Shown one piece after another: positions 8,569 to 15,000 of a stretch of 64,000 nucleotides of DNA. Source of the stretch: a virus. The stretch is taken from the UHGV virus genome UHGV-0076294; one strand, 5' to 3'. The stretch's first letter is position 1; the number at the start of each line of letters is the position of its first letter. The notes below the pieces were generated by a model, which saw only the letters and a program-made list of their open reading frames with translations, was not told the DNA's origin and made no database searches. Both the position numbers and the translations under genes were made by a program.

Positions 8569-8945
8569 CGGTTTTTCTTTACCGGTTAATGTTGCGCATT
8601 GAATAAAGACGGTCCCAGTAGAGAAATTGATACGGACAACATCTTTAGCGTGTAGCTTAGACTCAACATAAACAACGGCTTTGTTATCGTAGGCGGGTCT
8701 TGATGGGGTTGGTGTGGAACCGCCGCCGGAGGGCTTACTTACCCCCCCCCCGCTCCCTTACTACAGCTACCGCTGCACGACCAACTACAACCACCGTTAC
8801 AATTATAATGACTTAAAGGTAACCCAGCTAGATTGTTGGTTGAAGAAACCGTCCCTTGGTTTGCAATATAGTTGTTTGCATTAGCGGTGGTGATATATCC
8901 CTCCGCTGTTACTAACCTGTCGCGTATGTTTTTAAGACTTATCAT
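8278..8945 (-). CDS. Candidate fusion product (fibre-like N-terminus, mini CX3C segment, G/P/T linker, beta-rich domain) via -1 frameshift
   Basis: Hand translation: frames differ by exactly -1 and overlap only across GCG GGG GGG GGG TAA. No stop in the linking segment. Confidence 0.5.
8739..8945 (-). CDS. Cys-rich fibre-like protein 3 (short form, 4 Cys)
   Basis: MISLKNIRDRL... N-terminus and NCNGGCSWSCSGSCS junction homologous to the two longer Cys-rich proteins. Confidence 0.7.
   Translation of the reverse strand: MISLKNIRDRLVTAEGYITTANANNYIANQGTVSSTNNLAGLPLSHYNCNGGCSWSCSGSCSKGAGGG
8742..8751 (-). repeat. G10 homopolymer (C10 on + strand), a slippery or phase-variable tract
   Basis: Ten consecutive C at 8742..8751, directly abutting the TAA of the 68-aa ORF. 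Confidence 0.95.
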
Positions 8946-8948
8946 TTC

Positions 8949-9347
8949 TTATCTTCCAGTACACGATTGCTGACATCCGCCTCGACATGAACCCGAACAT
9001 GTTCCGGTGCAACTACTTGAACAACCACCCGAGCAGTTACCTGTGCACCCTCCTGAGCAGGTACTGCTACAACCTGTACAACCTGTACTACATCCTGAAA
9101 CACAGTTCGCTGAACAGGAAGAACCGCAGCCACCGGAGGCGTTGCCGGTGCAGCCGCCCGAACAACTTGAGCATGTCCAGCTACAGCTACCTCCGCAGTC
9201 ATAGTGAGTTCTCGGCTGTCCTCCAAACAGATCGCTATTATTAGTGGCTTTACCACGAATATAGTTCTGCACCGCACCAGTGTTTTTTAATGCAGTAGAG
9301 TCTATGTTATCCAGCCGGGCCTTTAAAGAAGATAAACCAATCGCCAT
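8949..9347 (-). CDS. CX3C-repeat Cys/Gly/Ser/Thr-rich protein 2
   Basis: 132 aa with 20 Cys in the last ~82 residues, mostly CX3C. Conserved N-region and DCGGSCSWTCS junction. Confidence 0.85.
   Translation of the reverse strand: MAIGLSSLKARLDNIDSTALKNTGAVQNYIRGKATNNSDLFGGQPRTHYDCGGSCSWTCSSCSGGCTGNASGGCGSSCSANCVSGCSTGCTGCSSTCSGGCTGNCSGGCSSSCTGTCSGSCRGGCQQSCTGR
9167..9200. repeat. 34-nt block identical to 10555..10588
   Basis: ttgagcatgtccagctacagctacctccgcagtc encodes DCGGSCSWTCS on the minus strand in both Cys-rich genes. Confidence 0.95.
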
Positions 9348-9405
9348 TTTAATACCTACTGGTTTAGTGCCCCCTAGGACACATTATAATTCATTTTCTG
9401 TAAAA

Positions 9406-10320
9406 TTATCGTAGTTTTTCTGAGACTCTATTCTTAGCCCCTACCACACGACGTATATAGTCGTAAGCATCTAATCCAACCTTTCTGGCCAAGTCACTAC
9501 AACCATGCTGCGTTACGATTTCAACGTTCTTTACTTGGTTCTGGGCACCGTCAGACTCAATGCGAAAACAACGACTACACGTATTACAGGGTTCATCAAA
9601 TAACGCATTTAGCGTAAACGCACATTCACTTCGATTGGACGAATTCAGTCTTTCTATATTCTCCTGAATTCTAAAATACCCGTAAATAAAGTTCATAACG
9701 TGATCGGGAGATAACGGTTTTGGCATGTTTTTGTCTAAAACCAGCGACATCTCACAAAAACCATAATGGTAAATGTGGTTATGTAACGCAATTATATCTT
9801 CGTACCAACGTTTATCCCCAATACGCTCGCGTGTCAAGACCGCCCAAGTACGAATATTTTTCAATTCGTAAATTGTCTCCAAAACCTCGTATTGTTTTTC
9901 TTCGATAATCCTCATGAACGGACGCTCTGATTCTTTGAATCCATCCATGCTAAAAAAGATACTATCAAAACCCTTTAACAACGGTAGATGCGATTTACGC
10001 ATTTTTAAACCATTGGTATACAGGTAATGTTCGCAACGAGGATACTTCTCCCTTATCTCTTCTATAAGGGTATCAATTTTACGCGAGGCAAGTAATGGTT
10101 CGCCCCCTGACCATTGGATATTTGTGATAGTCGGGTTATTTTCCAGCGCCTCGATAATACTTTCCTTTTGTACTTCTGTGGTTGTATCCTCTCTATGCAT
10201 GTAATAGGCTCCGCCGCAGAAGCTACAGTCCAGATTACATTTGGACGTTGTAATCACGTTTAACGTTCTCGGATTACTGTAGAGCTTATCGGATACCGTC
10301 GGTCTAGTAAGTTCTTCCAT
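9406..10320 (-). CDS. Radical SAM enzyme (small paralog 1)
   Basis: SKCNLDCSFCGGAYY, GGEPLL, C-terminal CNTCSRC...GC. Paralog of 6433..7356. Confidence 0.85.
   Translation of the reverse strand: MEELTRPTVSDKLYSNPRTLNVITTSKCNLDCSFCGGAYYMHREDTTTEVQKESIIEALENNPTITNIQWSGGEPLLASRKIDTLIEEIREKYPRCEHYLYTNGLKMRKSHLPLLKGFDSIFFSMDGFKESERPFMRIIEEKQYEVLETIYELKNIRTWAVLTRERIGDKRWYEDIIALHNHIYHYGFCEMSLVLDKNMPKPLSPDHVMNFIYGYFRIQENIERLNSSNRSECAFTLNALFDEPCNTCSRCFRIESDGAQNQVKNVEIVTQHGCSDLARKVGLDAYDYIRRVVGAKNRVSEKLR
9643..9737. repeat. 95-nt block identical to 6679..6773
   Basis: See 6679..6773. Confidence 0.95.
9974..10011. repeat. 38-nt block identical to 7010..7047
   Basis: See 7010..7047. Confidence 0.95.
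10195..10245. repeat. 51-nt block identical to 7231..7281
   Basis: See 7231..7281. Confidence 0.95.
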
Positions 10321-10339
10321 TCGAACTGATCCTTATTTT

Positions 10340-10732
10340 TTATGGGTTAGAACAACCACCTGCACAAGAACCACTACACCCCGAGGAACAACGTCCAGCA
10401 CATCCCCCAGTACAAGTCCCACTACATCCTGAACAACCACCCGAACATGTTCCGGTGCAACCACTGCATTGATTACCACACGCAGAGGAACAGCTTCCTA
10501 CGCACACCGATGTACATGTACCTGAACAACTCGTACAACCATGCGTACAACCGTTTGAGCATGTCCAGCTACAGCTACCTCCGCAGTCTAATCGACCGGG
10601 TGTCCAACCTGAAAATGAATCAGCAGCATTATGTGCTTTCGACGCAACTTGCGGATCAACACGTGGCCCAGTTGCTATTCGGTTCTCTACGTTGGTGATT
10701 CGGTCACGTACGTTTTTAACACTGATCGCCAT
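10340..10732 (-). CDS. CX3C-repeat Cys/Gly/Ser/Thr-rich protein 1
   Basis: 21 Cys in the last ~82 residues. MAISVKNVRDRI N-terminus. Start set to ATG 10732 (AAGGA 6 nt upstream) rather than GTG 10735. Confidence 0.85.
   Translation of the reverse strand: MAISVKNVRDRITNVENRIATGPRVDPQVASKAHNAADSFSGWTPGRLDCGGSCSWTCSNGCTHGCTSCSGTCTSVCVGSCSSACGNQCSGCTGTCSGGCSGCSGTCTGGCAGRCSSGCSGSCAGGCSNP
10555..10588. repeat. 34-nt block identical to 9167..9200
   Basis: See 9167..9200. Confidence 0.95.
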
Positions 10733-10743
10733 CACATATCCTT

Positions 10744-10789
10744 AAAATAAAAAAGAATGGAGGACTACGTCCATAAACATAGTTCCTCC
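10744..10789 (-). terminator. Candidate terminator/attenuator between fibre gene 4 and the Cys-rich/rSAM cluster
   Basis: Minus strand: 9-bp stem with one bulge (GGAGGAACTA.../...TAGTCCTCC) followed by TTCTTTTTTATTTT. Confidence 0.5.
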
Positions 10790-10799
10790 TGTAATTAAA

Positions 10800-11999
10800 T
10801 TATTTCGTACCCGCTTCTGCTTGTACGTCATCACGAGACGTCAGGTTAGCGTTAACGTGCACTGGGGCCTGAACCACGCCACCGTATCTCTTGTGGAGAT
10901 AACCTGTATGTGGGTTATCTGCCGCAATGTGGTTTTGTAGGTTTTGGTTCGCCTGACTGATTGCGTTCGTGTTATTATTAACCTGCTGTTTAAGCGCATC
11001 CAGGTTTTGTTGTAACTGATCGATTTTCTGATCGGTTTCTTGGCCATGTTGCTCTAACGCTTCAACACGCTGAATAACCTGATTCAGTTTTGTATTTAAA
11101 TCGTTGACACTCTTTTGCAGTTGTAACACTAACGAGTTCAGGTTCGCTAACGCTAAAGCCATTTTCTGGTAGTTTTGAGCAACCACGTTAAGTTGGTCGT
11201 TCCACGCTTCCAGAGAGCTGACAACAGCGTCAATACGCTTACCTAAAGCTTCATCTGCTTTCTTCAGTGCATTGATTTCCGTAATCGTTGCGTCGATAGC
11301 AGACTGGACGTCACGAATAAGCGCACGGATTTCAGTTTCTGTTAGTCCATTAACCTGATGGATATCAAGTTGGTGGACGTTACCGGTTGCATTGATGTGC
11401 GCATTTAAAGCGTCCAAGAAGTCGTTTTTCAGACTTTCCAGAATCGCTTTAATGTTCTCTAACTGTACCGCATCGCCAGAACTGATCGCGTCCTTAATGC
11501 CCGCCAATACAGCGATGATATATTCAAAGCCATAAATGTCACCTACGTCTTTATACGTCGGCGCTGACGGGAATGTATCTGGTACGTTACGTAAGTCTTT
11601 AAATGCAACTGTACGGTTATCGAGGTTTAGCTCAGCAATCGCTTGTTCGATAGCCACGATGTTTGCAGACTGTGGGCCACCAACTACCTGCGCAGATACC
11701 GTAATGTCTGTCGGAATCGCTGTGTTAGTGACCACAACCGCCATGACAATCTCGCGGTTTTTAGTCAGCTTTTCATAAGCCGGGTGTGCAAAAATCAACT
11801 CATAATCGGTACCACGTTCGTAGGTTGCATCCGGTCGGTTAGCAACGCGCAAACGAAACGTGTCCGCAAAGAACGGGCCGTCAGGAAAAGCAAAAGCACG
11901 GTTTACTTTACCTGTACCTAACGTAACCTGACGCTCCACAGCGTTAGACGTTAGCGAGCCTGTTAAATCTAAAGGATATTGGTAAACAATGGAGGCCAT
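10800..11999 (-). CDS. Tail fibre protein (short, coiled-coil shaft)
   Basis: N-terminal FPDGPFF...GTDYEL module shared with the three giant fibre genes. Long heptad-like Q/N/L-rich segment. Start set to ATG 11999 (AAGGAGAG RBS). Confidence 0.8.
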   Translation of the reverse strand: MASIVYQYPLDLTGSLTSNAVERQVTLGTGKVNRAFAFPDGPFFADTFRLRVANRPDATYERGTDYELIFAHPAYEKLTKNREIVMAVVVTNTAIPTDITVSAQVVGGPQSANIVAIEQAIAELNLDNRTVAFKDLRNVPDTFPSAPTYKDVGDIYGFEYIIAVLAGIKDAISSGDAVQLENIKAILESLKNDFLDALNAHINATGNVHQLDIHQVNGLTETEIRALIRDVQSAIDATITEINALKKADEALGKRIDAVVSSLEAWNDQLNVVAQNYQKMALALANLNSLVLQLQKSVNDLNTKLNQVIQRVEALEQHGQETDQKIDQLQQNLDALKQQVNNNTNAISQANQNLQNHIAADNPHTGYLHKRYGGVVQAPVHVNANLTSRDDVQAEAGTK

Positions 12000-12039
12000 G
12001 GCCACTCTCCTTTATTCGAGACGTCCTTGTCCCGAGTCA

Positions 12040-15000
12040 TTAAGATGTAAACATAAGATTGAACTGGAGTTTGTCGATATCTCGAGTTTCAGCCGGATTC
12101 AACGCATCGAACGTAGTTGCCACATAAACCGTTAGCGTACCATCATCATACGAAGATTTCACCGGCGGATTAGTTCCAGTCTGACCATCTCTCACAACGA
12201 GTGCAGGCTCGCTGGGAAGATTATCAAACTGCCCTTTAACCGCTTTGTATACCAAACCGGACTGTGCAGATAACTCCGTGTCTGTGTACACACAGAACGG
12301 TGTATCGATGTCAGCTTGTTTGATAGTGGTACCGGATTCGACATCAATCAACTGTACTGCTCCAAACTTCGTGCGATAACTTTCATATTCGTTCTTCGGA
12401 ATAACAAAAGTAACGTGAACACGAACTTCTTCAGCGGGCTTAAAGCCAGTATGTTCTTTTTCCAAATACTGATTGGCTGATAGCGTCACTTTTTGTTCGG
12501 CCATCGAACCACCTGCCTGATTTATTCCGTACCGGGCTTCAACAATACCGGTTGGTGCAGCAAGTCGCAATTTCAGAGTTCGATTCGCCGTTCCTGGATT
12601 ACCTGGCACTTGAACGCGCAAACTCAATGCTAAGTAAGCATACGTTCCGGTAGTCGGTTTCGTATACGCACCTATCCATTTCATGTTCGCAGACGCTGCC
12701 TGCGAGTTCTCAGAAGCAGTAGCTGTCGCAATGTTAGCAGCTACCGCTTTCTGCCAGAATTGGTCGGCGCAGTTCTCATACGCTACTCTGGCCACGCTCT
12801 TATAACCCGAATACGTTTCCTGGATTGGTATCTTAGGACGCGTCGTGATGCCAGACAATGAACCCCATTTCTGGCCGTCAACATACCCTTCGCCCTTCGA
12901 CGCAGACGCCGTAGGTGCTTTAACGGGCTTGTTAATCAGTGTTAATAGAGGACCCGTCTTTCTGTCGAACGCTGCCGCTACATCGTGTTGGTCGATAATT
13001 GCTGCGTGGTCTTCCAGCTCTTTCACACGACCCAAGCGTTTTACTTTGTCGATACTGATATCAGTAATACGGCTGGAATCGGTGGTTACTGTCCCAACGA
13101 ACAGTCTTGTTGAAGTATCGGCTAACTGCTCCAAACCGATGCGGTATTGCGCGGTAGAACCCGACACCTCAGCGTGCACGTAGAACGTCTGGTTAGCGTG
13201 ATTGGACGGGAACTCGCTGCTTAAATCCACAGACCACGTTGGGAGTGTATAGCTGCTACTACCGAAATCTAACTTGACTTCTTCAGTCAGATACAGAATC
13301 CAACCTTCCGCTGTTTCCACACCGGCGATGATAACAGCCTGACCTCCGGTTGAGAAGGTCGTGTCGTTAACAAACTCTGCGGCTGTATACGCGTTACCTG
13401 AGCAGAAAACGCGGTCAGCTTTAGAGAAAATCAACGCCATCTTGTCCCAGTTACCCGCACCCATATAGCACCCAGATTCTGGGTTATGTGCAGGAGCCAT
13501 CTGTCGTAACTGCGACTTACCAGGAACGCGAGACCAACCTGAACCTGGGTCGTAGGTATACTTCGCGGCGTAACCTAGTGCGTTTAAGTCCCCGATATTT
13601 CGGATAGTTAACGTATAAGGTAGCCAGATACCGAAGTTAGTTCCATCCGCAGAAGCGAAAATAGGCTGTCCGACGCGACGGGTCTTATTACCAGCCTCCT
13701 CTCTTAACGACTGATAACTTAAACCGTAATCTTTATCCAGGAACCAATCCACCAACTTAAAGGTAGCTGAGTTGAACCGTAAGTAGCCATTCTCTTTAGA
13801 TGGACTCACCATGAAGTAATAGATATCAAGAATTCGACGTCCGTTACTTAAGGTTTTCATGCACGAAACTTGCAACAAGTCAAACTCGCACACGGTATTG
13901 ATACCCAACATCCAAAGAGCAAACAAGGCATTACCGGTTTGATGTGCAGCACTAATACGCTCGTTTGCGTATCCGTTCGCTTCACCAGAAGGCGCACCGT
14001 CAACGATCATCTGAATCATTTTCTGACGATCGGTTTCTTCTAACGTTAAGCGTTCAGAAGACAACGCAAAGTTACCGTAGATGTTACGATACGGGAACGT
14101 TTCTGCTTTGGTCAAATACCAACCATTTAATTGACCGTGACGTTCTTCAGGGATCATGCACGCCGCCATACAGCTAAGCTGTTCGTAAAGCGTTGCATCG
14201 ACTTCACGACGGTTGTTATTCGGTCCGTAGCCACTGTAACCCGGAACGTCGTAAGGTTTATTCGGATCAACTTCCACTTCGATGGTATAACGGTTACGTG
14301 GGTTTGACAACCACACCTTATTCGAACCACCAATTCCGACAGGATGAGAAAGACCGATGGTATAAATAGAACCACGACCTTTATCCCAGGTAAACGTTCC
14401 TTCGCCTGAGGTATTGTTTGGGTTATCGTAACGCAGATAATCGAAAAGCTCTTTGCCTTGCGTTCCTTTAATAGAAACGTTAGGCATCTGGTCTGCATCG
14501 TTAATCTGCCAACAGGAAAGCATCATTCCCGTACCGTTGGGTTTAGCATACGTCGCGAAACAACGATTGTTTGCTTGACCACCGCCCCACTTACGGCTGG
14601 TTTCTACAGTTGAACCATCCGCGAAAGAGAGTGTAGTAGCATCAGCCTTGATGGGGAAGCGTTCGCGGCCTTCTAACGTAACCTTGCCCGTCGACGTATC
14701 GATTGTAAAACTTGTTGCCCATTGACGAAAGTTAATTTGTGAGCTGTCAGCCGCTGCAAACCACACAGTAGGCATATGGTTCACACGAATCACGCCGTCG
14801 CGCACTGCACAAGCATGGTTACATTCTGGACCGTGAACAAAGTTGCAACCAATTGTCCATTTAGCCCGTGCTTCCGGCGTCAAATACGTAAAGAACTGAC
14901 CCGTTTGTGACTCTTCGGTTTTCTGGCCAATGCGTAGGCAGAGGTTATCTCCAAATTGTCCCATCTCCCCGTTTAGTGTTACGCGTTCAAACTCCAGCGT

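Noticed and set aside
8942-9277. Alternative-frame and antisense ORFs across the Cys-rich genes (8942..9277 minus; 8987..9244 and 9007..9204 plus; 10447..10698 plus)
   Set aside because: The low-complexity TGC/GGC/AGC-rich sequence keeps several frames open by chance. These ORFs have no RBS and give implausible Val/Gln/Pro-rich or Tyr/Leu/Asn-rich products. The Cys-rich frame is the one conserved among three paralogs.
9384-9404. Sigma70-like hexamers TTTACA and TATAAT (minus strand) upstream of Cys-rich gene 2
   Set aside because: The spacer is only 9 nt, incompatible with a sigma70 promoter.
5127-10320. Radical SAM genes as queuosine/archaeosine-type (QueE) DNA-modification enzymes
   Set aside because: No QueC/QueD/FolE/DpdA-type partners are nearby. 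The GGEPLL plus C-terminal Cys-cluster architecture and the adjacent Cys-rich ORFs fit peptide- or protein-modifying rSAMs better.
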